Shown here: in pieces, positions 51,692 through 62,000 of the stretch
Layout of the letters: the number at the start of each line of letters is the position of its first letter
Position numbering within the stretch: position 1 is the first letter of the stretch
From: an uncultured Bacteroidales bacterium
Lineage (GTDB): Bacteria > Bacteroidota > Bacteroidia > Bacteroidales > VadinHA17
Direction of reading: 5' to 3'
NCBI GenBank assembly: GCA_963702415.1
Contig: CAVPCP010000021.1
Coordinates: 145,383 to 209,382, forward strand
Length of the DNA: 64,000 nt
Notes under the pieces: generated by a model
Told to the model about the DNA's origin: nothing
Seen by the model: the letters and a program-made list of their open reading frames with translations, nothing else
Databases searched by the model: none
Position numbers and translations under genes: made by a program

Positions 51692-53698
51692 ATGGCAATC
51701 TGGTCTGCTGAAATAAAAGAACTTGAGAAACTCTATGAATCCTTCAAAGGTAAGCTTCCTGATCTGGAAAAGGAAATGGAGCGGTTAGTTAAAGCTGATG
51801 ATGAGAACATGATTCTTCTGTATTCAAGAAGATGCCTGGAGGTGATTATTACTGATCTCTGCGAGTGCGAACTTAAAAGAGATAGGGGAAGTGAACCTCT
51901 CAAAGGCATAATTGATAAGCTGCACAAGGACAAAAAGATATCTGCCAATATTATCGCTTCAATGCATGGCTTGAATGAGCTATCTACATTCGGAACGCAT
52001 CCCAAGGATTTCGATCCTGAACAGGTGAAGCCAGTTCTTGTTAATCTTGACATAATCATTAAGTGGTATCTGAAATATAAGCAGACTGGAACAGATATTA
52101 AAGCAAAACCTGCTGAAGAGATCAGGCAGATAATAAAAAGCACTGGAGAAGTAAAAAAGGATATAACTATCTCAAGAAAAAGGCTGGCTGGCATACTCGG
52201 AGGATCAATGGGAATTATTGCGTCCGTGTTTGCTGTGTTATACTTTACCAATATCATAGAAGATAGAAACCAAACCAAAGAACTTGATAAATCAATCGCT
52301 GTTCTTCCTTTCAGAAATCTGAGCAATGATACAACCCAGTTATATTTCAGTGATGGTATTGTGGAAGCAATTCTGGATCATCTTTTCAAGGTAGGTGAAC
52401 TAAAGGTGATATCCAGCACATCGACAAAGAGATACAGGGATACAGAACTTTCTATCAAAGAGATAGCCAGAGAACTGGGTGTTGTTTCAATTCTGGAAGG
52501 CAGCGTACAAAAAATAGGAAACAATGTACGAATAACTGCTCAGCTTATTGAAGCAAAAACAGATGTGCGTTTATGGTCAGAAACATATGATAGAGACTTT
52601 TCGGATATTTTCTCAATTCAGACTGAAGTGGCTGAAAATGTAGCAAAGGAGTTGAAGGCAACATTGACATCTGAAGAAAAGGAACTGATCAAAAAGAACC
52701 ATACACAAAATCCCGAAGCATATAACTTATACTTGCAGGGGCGCTTTTTCTGGAACAAAAGAACAGCAGAAGGTCTTAAAAAGAGCGTGGAATATTTTGA
52801 AAAGTCAATTGAAAAGGATCCTGATTATGCATTAGCTTATGCTGGAATGGCTGATGCATATTGCATCCTTGCATGGTGGGGATGGATTCCAAGGTCTGAT
52901 GGTTATGCCAAAGCGAAAGAATTTGCTTTAAGAGCTCTGGAAATCGACAAAAATCTTGCAGAAGCTCATACAATTCTGGGTGACATTTTGTGCTGGAGTG
53001 AATGGAAATGGGAGGAAGCCCGTAAGGAATTAAAGCTTGCTGTTGAGCTAAATCCGAATTATGCTACAGCACACCAATACTATTCTGAAATTTTGGATAT
53101 TATAGGGAAAAACGATGAGGCTCGTGCACAAATTAACATAGCAGCCGGACTTGATCCTTTATCCGCAGCAATAAGCGGAACGAGTGCGTTGTATTATTAC
53201 AATGAACACAAATTCAAAGAATCACTGGATGTTTGTCGTAAAACAATGGAGATTAATCCGGATTATAACGGGGTGTATTGGACATCTTTTGATGCTTATA
53301 TTAAAATTGGCGAGAATTTAAATGCTGCTGAAATCCTGCAGAAATTAATGTTCCGGGATACATTGACATTAAAGGTTTCCGGCATTCTGAAAGAGGTTTA
53401 CAGTAAATCCGGAATAAATGGTATATTGAATTGGTTGATTGAATGGCAAAAAAACAATCCTGCTGCTAATCTTTATGTAGCAAAGTGGTACTCTATGCTT
53501 GGGAGGAAAGAGGAATCATTGGACAGGCTGGAAAAAGCGCTGAAGGGACGCTTATCTGAAATCCCCGCGATTAATAGTTTACCCGACGAAATTCCCAGAA
53601 TTTTTAATTCCCCCGATTACGATAACCTGCGTTCAGAACCGAGGTTTAAGGTGATAATTGAAAAATTAGGATTATCAAAATATACAAGGCAAGAGTAA
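51692..53698 (+). CDS. DUF4145-like N-terminal domain, TM, TolB-N-like and TPR protein
   Basis: SRRCLEVII...IIDKL...GTH; KSIAVLPFRNLS; LEGSVQK.GN.VRITAQLI; EAYNLYLQG; LRSEPRF. Confidence 0.8.
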   Translation: MAIWSAEIKELEKLYESFKGKLPDLEKEMERLVKADDENMILLYSRRCLEVIITDLCECELKRDRGSEPLKGIIDKLHKDKKISANIIASMHGLNELSTFGTHPKDFDPEQVKPVLVNLDIIIKWYLKYKQTGTDIKAKPAEEIRQIIKSTGEVKKDITISRKRLAGILGGSMGIIASVFAVLYFTNIIEDRNQTKELDKSIAVLPFRNLSNDTTQLYFSDGIVEAILDHLFKVGELKVISSTSTKRYRDTELSIKEIARELGVVSILEGSVQKIGNNVRITAQLIEAKTDVRLWSETYDRDFSDIFSIQTEVAENVAKELKATLTSEEKELIKKNHTQNPEAYNLYLQGRFFWNKRTAEGLKKSVEYFEKSIEKDPDYALAYAGMADAYCILAWWGWIPRSDGYAKAKEFALRALEIDKNLAEAHTILGDILCWSEWKWEEARKELKLAVELNPNYATAHQYYSEILDIIGKNDEARAQINIAAGLDPLSAAISGTSALYYYNEHKFKESLDVCRKTMEINPDYNGVYWTSFDAYIKIGENLNAAEILQKLMFRDTLTLKVSGILKEVYSKSGINGILNWLIEWQKNNPAANLYVAKWYSMLGRKEESLDRLEKALKGRLSEIPAINSLPDEIPRIFNSPDYDNLRSEPRFKVIIEKLGLSKYTRQE

Positions 53699-53777
53699 AG
53701 TATAGCAAGATATTTCAGAGTGAAAAAATAGCTGGAGAGCCGGGAATGCTTGAGATAAAATAAATTAAAATACTGAA

Positions 53778-53900
53778 CTATATAAACAGGGTAAATACCA
53801 GCAAGCATTGGAAATACTTCAAAAAAGCTGGGATTTAAGAATGAAGAATTCCATTTATAATCTTACAGCGTATCTTCATCTCGAAGATGCAAAAAAAAAG
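53778..53900 (+). pseudogene. Orphan 3' tail of a 48535-type TPR gene
   Basis: Reads LYKQGKYQQALEILQKSWDLRMKNSIYNLTAYLHLEDAKK. Confidence 0.85.
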
Positions 53901-54227
53901 CAATTGATCCTTATCTCGTAGCTGAGGTAACAACAGCCGATATTTTACCTGACGTGTCCCTGTTATACCCTTGATAGGTCGGCAAAAATGCTAAATTGAT
54001 GGTAAAGTATCATTCAGACTATATACCCTCATAATGTACCTATACAGATGTCATACGACATAATTTCAGAAAAGATATATTCAGAATATTTCCGATTTCA
54101 TCAGCCATTTTCCATCTTTTAGGCTAAAATCATCTTAAAATGTAACAAAAGTGGTAGACTTTGTCATATGGGTAGCTGAACTTTGGATGAAAATTTGACT
54201 TATTAATCATTAAAAGATCTAAAGGAA

Positions 54228-54725
54228 ATGAAGGAATTATGTTTAACAGCAGTAATTTTTGTACTCCTTTTAACAGTTACTAATGGAATACAAGCGCAAA
54301 CTACGCAAACAAAACTCAATCAGGTTGAGTTAGTGAAACAGTGGCTTGGTACGTGGCAAAATGATGTTAGCAAAGACACGGTTGATATATGGGAGGCTAG
54401 ACCCTATGGAAAAGCAATTATAGCAACCGTATATAGGGTTATTAAGGGTGTTAAATCTGATTCGTATGTGGTCAATTTTGGTTATGATGACAGAGATGAT
54501 AAGTTAAAAGGCTTTAATCTTTCTCCGAATACAGATTTTATGACATGGATTGGTGTGTTTACTACAGATAAATTGTTCAAGGTAGATGCCTTGGATTCCT
54601 TTAAACCTGATATTGTGTGGTGGAAAAATGAAGTAGAGTTTAAGACTCCAAAAGAAATGGTTGTTAGAGCCTATAACTCTAAAGGGGAAAAGACTGGTGA
54701 GTGGATTTATAAAAAAGTTAAATAA
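54228..54725 (+). CDS. Exported hypothetical protein
   Basis: Signal peptide ending IQAQ; LNQVELVKQWLGTW. Confidence 0.7.
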   Translation: MKELCLTAVIFVLLLTVTNGIQAQTTQTKLNQVELVKQWLGTWQNDVSKDTVDIWEARPYGKAIIATVYRVIKGVKSDSYVVNFGYDDRDDKLKGFNLSPNTDFMTWIGVFTTDKLFKVDALDSFKPDIVWWKNEVEFKTPKEMVVRAYNSKGEKTGEWIYKKVK

Positions 54726-54895
54726 CACGAACTCACTCACATTAAATTAATACTCTTATTAATAAAAAGTTACAGGCTTTGCTGGAATTAAGGAATGATA
54801 CATTATTCCAAAAATATAATAACGATCCGATAGGTGATAGTTTTGAGTTACGAGATGGGTATACCACTGAAGTATATGTTAAGTTGAAATAACCT

Positions 54896-55122
54896 CTCCG
54901 TCCTCGTTATTCAGCTTGACCTCAGATCGGGAGCTTTTTATTACCAGATATCCTTTGGAGTGAATCAAATTCTGAATGACTTTTCAATTATCTCCACATA
55001 AGTAGTCCCTGCCATTAGCTAAAAAGAGATCGTTAAGGACTATCAGTAAATACTAATGTCACCAAAGAAATTTCTTGAATAGATAATAAACTTGACTTTG
55101 GCTTTTTGTGGGAGTAACTTTG
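54896..55122 (+). repeat. Rearranged hairpin T plus spacer C plus promoter P
   Basis: CTCCG...TCAGCTT...TCGGGAGCTTTTT; spacer resembles 47612-47763; TTGAC at 55092, TAACTTTG at 55115. Confidence 0.75.
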
Positions 55123-55254
55123 TTTAAGAATTTATTTGAAGTATTTAATATGAATTGATATCATTGAAATTCACATATACGTTATTAAGGCTTTTAATAG
55201 TCCGAGTTATCTCTTTAATAAAAGATTTCATTTCTTAAATAAAAATATTGCATT

Positions 55255-55728
55255 ATGAAAGAAAATCTGTTCAAGTTACTCTGTATCGCTTTAATGTCGG
55301 TCGTTTTAATTTCATGCACCAGCACATCAACATCTAAACTAATAAGTATAGAAGATTATACTTTTGCCCGCACGGGTGATAGCGACCAGCTTGTAGCCGT
55401 TGACAATCCGGCTGTTTTTAAAAGAGGAGATGCTGTCCACCTTGTCTTACAGAATGTTGGTCCTTTCAAAAAGGCCGATGACGGGCTTAACTGGTTTGAC
55501 CTTGATATGGAAATCACCGGTCCTGATGGAGTGATTCTGTTATCACAAACCGGAATGCTTGGTGATGGCGGACATGTTGCTCTTGAAAATAACAGGGCTA
55601 AGTCACCCTTCGCCACCTGCACCACAACTCCAGACGTAGTTCCGGGAAAATACAAGTTTAAGCTTACAATTTACGACAAGATCGGAAGCGGGAAAGCTAC
55701 ACAGACTGCAATTTTTACTCTGGAGTAG
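55255..55728 (+). CDS. Hypothetical lipoprotein (Ig-like)
   Basis: Lipobox LISC; PGKYKFKLTIYDK. Confidence 0.7.
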   Translation: MKENLFKLLCIALMSVVLISCTSTSTSKLISIEDYTFARTGDSDQLVAVDNPAVFKRGDAVHLVLQNVGPFKKADDGLNWFDLDMEITGPDGVILLSQTGMLGDGGHVALENNRAKSPFATCTTTPDVVPGKYKFKLTIYDKIGSGKATQTAIFTLE

Positions 55729-55842
55729 ATTTCAATTTTAATGATTAACTATGTGAAAATTTAAAGAAAGATTTTATTTTTTTGATATAGAAGCACATTA
55801 GTGTCCACTTAAGTATAATTGTTTTCAACTGTATACAATTTA

Positions 55843-56172
55843 GTTCTTTGACATCTTGGTAATCCTGGTTTGTAAGTAGTTAATTTTGAGATAATTTGTT
55901 TATATATGTTATGTTCAGTAGGTGTATAATTTCATTGTTAAAATCAATTACCGTTGGCTTTAGCCAACGGATGAAGATACAACCCAAGGTAGGGCTTTAG
56001 CCCACAAATGAAGGACTAAAGTCCTATATAGTGAGGCTGATATACCGTTGGCTAAAGCCACCGGTAACTAAAATTAACCTTAATCTGATCAAAGTCTAAA
56101 TATGATTTCATTTCAAATAGTCACGCTATTAAAAAACGCTACACCCAATATTTATTCATTATTTCAAAGAAC
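55843..56172. mobile_element. Second, inverted copy of the four-hairpin REP/MITE-like element
   Basis: Ends GTTCTTTGACAT and ATTTCAAAGAAC; the same four hairpins in reverse order. Confidence 0.75.
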
Positions 56173-56253
56173 GATATTTATTTTTAAGTGGAAACTAATG
56201 ATAGAAACAGATAAATTATCTACATCATTCTTATAAAATGATTTTAAAATTAC

Positions 56254-56364
56254 AAGCCCTCGGAAATGAAATCCGGGGGCTTTCTGTTCTATTTATCTGA
56301 CCCTCACTTGACTTTGGTATCAGTATGGTGTAACTTTACATATATAAAGCCAAAAAAAGACCTA
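56254..56364 (+). repeat. Cassette boundary: hairpin T plus leader G/promoter P
   Basis: AAGCCCTCGGAAATGAAATCCGGGGGCTTT; TTGAC at 56308, TAACTTTA at 56331. Confidence 0.85.
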
Positions 56365-58497
56365 ATGATCAAAAATCTAAAAGATCTGGTTCAATTCTGG
56401 CAGGAACTTAAACAAAGAAATGTTGTCAGGGTACTGACAGTCTATCTCGCAGCTGCTTTTGCTGTATTGCAAGCAGCTGATATGATTTTCCCTCGTGTTG
56501 GCCTTCCTGAATGGACTGTAACTCTTGTATTAGTTTTACTTGGTGCAGGATTAATCATTGTAATAGTAATTACCTGGATTTATGATATAACACCTGAAGG
56601 GATCAAGAAAACCAGCGATTTAAAACAAGCTCTGAAAAATGGTAACAAAGAAATAGAAATTGAACTTCCTCTCTGGGAATCAACCGCTACTCAGTCTGGG
56701 AAAGAACCAGTTTCGATTAGTAATGATTTGTATACAGAAAGGATCAGGCAGTTAAAGAGGAAAGGAAAAATTTACAGCTATAGTTCTATTATTGTCATTC
56801 TTGCCGTTACTGTCCTGTTCGTTTTCTCAAGTGCAAATATTGTTCCTTTTGACAAACGTGACTGGTTATTAATAACAGATTTTGAAAATCTGACTGAAAA
56901 TCCTGTCTTTGACAGATCACTTTATGCAGCATTCTCGCTCACAATAAATCAATCAAGGTATATAAATGTCTTTTCCAGATCCAGAATGATTGAAACTTTG
57001 ACAAGAATGAAAGTAAAAGATCTGGTATTTATAGATGAAAGAATAGGGAGAGAATTAGCATTGAGGGAAGGTATTAGTGTTTATATTGTGCCTAGTATAG
57101 CTGAAGTCGGAAACAAGTATGTTATTACTGCAAAAATACAAGAGACCAAAACCGGGAATATTTTAAAATCGATTATTTTAAATGCCGAAAATCAGGACAA
57201 AATTCTAACAAAGTTAGACAAGCTGAGTAAAATAATTCGTCGTGACCTTGGTGAACCAAGATATAAGATTTCTATTAAGGACAAACCATTAACGAAAGTA
57301 ACTACCTCATCACTAGAGGCTTTAAAACAATATTCCCTGGGTATTGAATCCCATTATAAGCTTGACTTTGCAGCTGCAAAAAACTATTATGAAAATGCCT
57401 TACGGATTGATTCCGGTTTTACAGCAGCGAGAGCATCGCTAGGCAATATTCTAATTGAGAGATTTGACCCTGAAAAGGGACGTGAATTACTAAATCAGGC
57501 GGTTAAACATGTTGACAATCTGACAGACAGGGAAAAATACGGTATCCTTGCTTTTCATGCTATTAATGTAGAAAATAATAATATTAAGGGTATTGACTAT
57601 GCCAAGACTCTAACAGAGTTATACCCTGATGATCCTGCTTATCGTAACAATCTTGGCTGGTATTATCAGAAATCTGGGCAATTTGAAGAAGCCTTGAAAG
57701 AGTACAAAACAGCTGTACATATTAATCCAAACCAAACACTTACTTTCTCAGGGATAGTGTGGGTTTATCTTGAAATGCTAGGGAAACCTGATTCCGCCCT
57801 GGGCTGGGCTGAAAAAATGATTTCTGCTAATGCTCAGAATGCCTGGGGTTATTACTATTTAGGGTCAGCCTGGTTGAGCCTTGATGACATTGAAAAAGCC
57901 GAAATTGCCTATCAGAGAGCGAGAGAGATTGATCCTTATTTTTTGACTAATCAATATGCCCTGGCTCATGCTTATAATATTCAAGGACGGTATAAGGAAG
58001 CCATCAGGATATTAGAAAGAATTATTGAGAATAGTAAAAATGGACCTTCAACTTATTTTGAAAGAATTATTGCGACCGACCAAAATGATCCATCAGCTTA
58101 TTACGATTTAGGTATCAACTATCAAGCTATGGGAAATCAGGAAGAAGCCCGGAAATATTTTAACATTTACAAAAATATTGTAACAGAAGAATGGATGAAG
58201 AAACGGCCGAATAATGCCGTAACATTTATTGCAATAAGTGATGTGACAGCACATTTAGGCGATATTGAATTCTCAAAGGAAATGCTTCAGAAAGCAAAGG
58301 ATATCGACTCAACACTTCATGAACGGTTCGCAGAAGTGCTTTGTATACAGGGTAATATACCAGAAGCTCTTTATGAAATAGAAAAAGCACTTGATAACGG
58401 ATTTCGCAATCTGTTATGGTTAAAACAAAATCCTGACCTGCAAATCTTACATAATGATGCCCGATTCCGAAATTTGTTGGGAAAGTATTTCAAGTAG
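56365..58497 (+). CDS. Membrane-anchored TolB-N-like plus TPR protein
   Basis: FWQELKQRNV module, LITDFENLT, TTSSLEALKQY, TPRs. Confidence 0.8.
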   Translation: MIKNLKDLVQFWQELKQRNVVRVLTVYLAAAFAVLQAADMIFPRVGLPEWTVTLVLVLLGAGLIIVIVITWIYDITPEGIKKTSDLKQALKNGNKEIEIELPLWESTATQSGKEPVSISNDLYTERIRQLKRKGKIYSYSSIIVILAVTVLFVFSSANIVPFDKRDWLLITDFENLTENPVFDRSLYAAFSLTINQSRYINVFSRSRMIETLTRMKVKDLVFIDERIGRELALREGISVYIVPSIAEVGNKYVITAKIQETKTGNILKSIILNAENQDKILTKLDKLSKIIRRDLGEPRYKISIKDKPLTKVTTSSLEALKQYSLGIESHYKLDFAAAKNYYENALRIDSGFTAARASLGNILIERFDPEKGRELLNQAVKHVDNLTDREKYGILAFHAINVENNNIKGIDYAKTLTELYPDDPAYRNNLGWYYQKSGQFEEALKEYKTAVHINPNQTLTFSGIVWVYLEMLGKPDSALGWAEKMISANAQNAWGYYYLGSAWLSLDDIEKAEIAYQRAREIDPYFLTNQYALAHAYNIQGRYKEAIRILERIIENSKNGPSTYFERIIATDQNDPSAYYDLGINYQAMGNQEEARKYFNIYKNIVTEEWMKKRPNNAVTFIAISDVTAHLGDIEFSKEMLQKAKDIDSTLHERFAEVLCIQGNIPEALYEIEKALDNGFRNLLWLKQNPDLQILHNDARFRNLLGKYFK

Positions 58498-58557
58498 ACC
58501 TTTTTTGAGCATGAAAAGGGAAGAAAATGGCTTGAAGAGCAGGGGATGCTGTTATCC

Positions 58558-58608
58558 CTTCATCTTGAAGCAGCAAAAAAGGCTGTTGCAGGGCAAAAGA
58601 ACAATTAA
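58558..58608 (+). pseudogene. Orphan 3' tail of a 48535-type TPR gene
   Basis: Reads LHLEAAKKAVAGQKNN*; compare LHLEAAKKAVAGMKNN* at 50401-50451. Confidence 0.85.
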
Positions 58609-58702
58609 CTTTAATTTTAATCTGCTCTATCACCAGATTTTATAATTTCACAATAAAAAGAGAAAATAGGGGAAAGTAAATAGTAATTTAATTAATACAA
58701 TT

Positions 58703-58903
58703 ATGGCATTCATCGGTTCTCACAACAGATTTAATGAATTCAGAGATGATTTCTTAAAAGATACGGGAGTAAAAAATGTCGATGACAATATGGAACTTTA
58801 TACCCAATATGTAACCGCAAGATTTGCTGATCAAAATCATCGCTTATTGAGTAATCTTGTGAATGAAATTCAGGACTTATACAAAGTACTTAAAAAGGTT
58901 TAA
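58703..58903 (+). CDS. Small hypothetical protein
   Basis: 66-aa ORF with AT-rich upstream. Confidence 0.55.
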   Translation: MAFIGSHNRFNEFRDDFLKDTGVKNVDDNMELYTQYVTARFADQNHRLLSNLVNEIQDLYKVLKKV

Positions 58904-59254
58904 TGTTCCAATGTCAAACCTGAGGATTTAAACAAACAAACTTAGTTTAGGTCACTTATTTCATGACAGGGAGGCCAAAATAAAAGGAAGACAAAAAAAT
59001 CGCATCCCGTGGCCTAAAAAAGTAATTCTTCTTTCTACCTGAAAGCAAAAAGTAATTGATCTTTTTCTCTTACATAGGAAAAGTATGCCAAAACTTAATA
59101 CCCCTTCAAGGTCAATGCTTATCCAGTGCTCAATGAAAACGCATTGGTCATGGTAACCACTAGCCAAAGATATATGCCCTTATAAAGGACTTATGCAACA
59201 AGACAGGGGGTTTGTTTCTAAAATGCAATTGCAATTGGCTTTTAACTAAAACAA

Positions 59255-59570
59255 TGAAAATATATTTGACTTGTATTATTAAGGGTTGTAACTTTGTTAA
59301 ACTCTATAATTTAATGTCTAACACGAGACATCGTGTTTTCCGAACCCAACTCAGGGCGGTACGACAATAAATTCAAAGCAATCAATCAGGTGAAATGAAA
59401 AGTCATTTTTTTCTTGTCATTGATGTTTGAATTAATAGGTCTTTCCTTCAATCAGGGGCACTTTCATAACCAGACTTTGCATTTGAGTTTATTTAATAAG
59501 AATCACTGAAATTGGTATTGCAAACTATAATATCTAACTTTTTTTTATTAACTAAAATCTATCAGCTATG
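59255..59570 (+). repeat. Promoter P plus long leader E, copy 2
   Basis: Close copy of 39126-39442; TTGAC at 59266, TAACTTTG at 59289. Confidence 0.85.
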
Positions 59571-60014
59571 AAGACTAAGATTTTTTTGTTTTTATCATTT
59601 CTATGTGGTATTACAACAATGCAACTTTCCGCACAGAAATTAGATCAAAATCGTAAAAACGTTGTTTTTGATTCTTACATAGTCACTCTTCGTCCCGGTG
59701 TTACAATGAATCAGTATGTGGATTTTCTAAAAACTAAGGTCGTATCTGAATATGATAAAAATTTCCCAGGATCAAAAATGACTATAGGGTGTCCTGATTC
59801 CTGGAGGGAGAAAAATCAATATTGCTTCCTTTATAGCTTTGACTCAGAGAAAGAATTCAACAAATATATTAGAAATGGAACTGGAATGTCAGATGAACCT
59901 AGAGCAGCCTGGGAGAAAACAAGACAATCAATTGAAGAGGAAGGAAGTAAATATATTTTAGATAAAGAACAAGTGGATGTTGAATGGGAAGCGTGGATGG
60001 AAGATGCAAAATAA
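59568..60014 (+). CDS. Exported hypothetical protein (MKTK...QLSAQ signal)
   Basis: Signal peptide; unrelated mature domain. Confidence 0.65.
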   Translation: MKTKIFLFLSFLCGITTMQLSAQKLDQNRKNVVFDSYIVTLRPGVTMNQYVDFLKTKVVSEYDKNFPGSKMTIGCPDSWREKNQYCFLYSFDSEKEFNKYIRNGTGMSDEPRAAWEKTRQSIEEEGSKYILDKEQVDVEWEAWMEDAK

Positions 60015-60089
60015 AATATTTTTAATAGTTCATAAACATTTAAGTAAAACACTCAGTTTTATATCAATTATTTTATAATATTTTACGTC

Positions 60090-60336
60090 GCCTCGGAAAT
60101 CAGCTCCGGGCGCTTTCTACAGGAAACATAAGCAACTGATTTTTTTCTCAAGCGAGTGATAACTATGCCAATTCTTATCTGACGTATCCTTGGAATAACC
60201 TTGAAGGTCAGCAAACTTGTGAAAGTCATAGTTAAGTATCACTTTTTATATATACCCTCATACGGTACCTAAACTGATGACACATGGGATGATTATGAAA
60301 TAAGTTTGACTTTGGATTAAACAGGGTGTAATTTTG
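60090..60336 (+). repeat. Cassette boundary: hairpin T plus 5' half of module B plus promoter P
   Basis: GCCTCGGAAATCAGCTCCGGGCGCTTT; TTGAC at 60306, TAATTTTG at 60329. Confidence 0.8.
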
Positions 60337-60414
60337 GTATAAGATATGGAGAGACAGATTGCACTTTTATTACTTTAATTCTATGCTAATAATGTTTTTT
60401 TAAAATATACAGTA

Positions 60415-61020
60415 ATGTGGAAAAAAATCATTTTTCTGACCATAACACTACTAATTCCATCATGCAAGATACAAATTGATTGCCCAGGCTATCCTGAAAA
60501 ATATTTGGTTTGGATGCCCTATATACAGGGTGAAGAATTTTCATTAACAGACGGAATTGATACGTTTCAACTTATTGTGGAAACGACAGATATAACAAAG
60601 GCATATACAATAAAAGAATATAAGTATCTGGCAAATGATTGCTCTTGTCGTGCAAACGCCACTATTACAAGTGACTTCTTCCCAACCATTCTCTTTTTTA
60701 GCGAAAATAGAGAAGATTATGCTGCAGACTTTGTTATTTCTTTTCTGACCCCTTATCATGAATTTCCCAATACAGTTCAATCTTTCCAATTTCAGGATAA
60801 TAATGGAGATACAATCTATTCATTCTATCCATATGAACATAATGAGTTATTAAGTAGTTATAACAATGGCTACAAAATATTTAATGATGTTTTAAAAATA
60901 GAATCTGATACATTGCTATCTGATATACTGATTTATCAGATTTATATTGCAAAAAGGGTTGGAATCATTCAGTTTAAAGATCGCTTTAATCACAAAACAT
61001 GGAGTCTTATTAAATTGTAG
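60415..61020 (+). CDS. Hypothetical lipoprotein
   Basis: Lipobox IPSC; IYIAKRVGIIQF C-terminal motif. Confidence 0.7.
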   Translation: MWKKIIFLTITLLIPSCKIQIDCPGYPEKYLVWMPYIQGEEFSLTDGIDTFQLIVETTDITKAYTIKEYKYLANDCSCRANATITSDFFPTILFFSENREDYAADFVISFLTPYHEFPNTVQSFQFQDNNGDTIYSFYPYEHNELLSSYNNGYKIFNDVLKIESDTLLSDILIYQIYIAKRVGIIQFKDRFNHKTWSLIKL

Positions 61021-61192
61021 TACTATAGATATCAAACAGTATTAAAATTTCTTGTTACGATTCTTGACTGCTTGGGCGGATTACTGTTTAGTACAACTTT
61101 ATAAGAAATATCAATTGATAGCGAGTTATTCTTGAGGATTGCATTCTCTCTTATAAATACAAGAACTACTGTAAGATAATATCTTTTTTTAA

Positions 61193-61396
61193 CCCTAGGA
61201 CATCAGCTTCCGTTTTTTTTGCCAAATTTCCTTAGGAGAATTAGGAAATCGCGCGATCAAACTAATTATCTTCTCTTGGGTGGTATCTAGCATTGGCTTA
61301 AACGATAATTGATCAGATGCATAAATAGGTGCACTTAGAATGGATTTCTTGAATAGATAAATAAAATTGACAAAGGCTTTTAGTGGTGTAACTTTG
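61193..61396 (+). repeat. Truncated hairpin T plus spacer C plus promoter P
   Basis: CCCTAGGACATCAGCTTCCGTTTTTTTT; spacer matches 44512-44662; TTGAC at 61367. Confidence 0.85.
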
Positions 61397-61417
61397 ATAT
61401 TAATAAAATTCAAAATC

Positions 61418-61858
61418 ATGAAGAATGAGATTGGCAGTATCGTAAACTATTTTGTAGCATTTTGCTACATAGTGATTGGAATAATTTACCTGATTAAGGA
61501 CAGTTTTATGCCTTACCACCAAAAAGCAGTATCTCTTCAATGGAGCCAAATAGATTTGAACATTCAGTTTTTAATACTTGCACTTATGCGCGCTGTAAGC
61601 GCAGGATTTATTCTAATAGGTCTTATTATTATCTGGTTACAAATTGAATTTTTTAAAACTAAATTAAGATGGATTCCATCTTTGATTTTAATATCTGTTA
61701 CTGTTTTTTCATTAATCCAAATATATGCGACCATGATAGTAAGATTAAATACTCCCGGAAATCCTCCTACTACATTGATCTTAACAGGTCTTCTCCTAAT
61801 CGTTATAGGTTTCGTATTCAACCGGAAGTCCTTATCAGATATATCCTCTTCTCAATAA
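61418..61858 (+). CDS. Four-TM membrane protein
   Basis: FMPYHQKAV...W, LALMR, TPGNPP motifs. Confidence 0.7.
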   Translation: MKNEIGSIVNYFVAFCYIVIGIIYLIKDSFMPYHQKAVSLQWSQIDLNIQFLILALMRAVSAGFILIGLIIIWLQIEFFKTKLRWIPSLILISVTVFSLIQIYATMIVRLNTPGNPPTTLILTGLLLIVIGFVFNRKSLSDISSSQ

Positions 61859-62000
61859 CTTTCTTTAATTTAGACTTTTATATAAAATATTCACGACATT
61901 TTATTTAGCGGCATTCCCTTCCACAAGGCGACCGCACAATGGCTTTAAATCAGATAGAAAGTATTGTAAACTCATAGGGGTGCCGTTCCCATAACTTATA

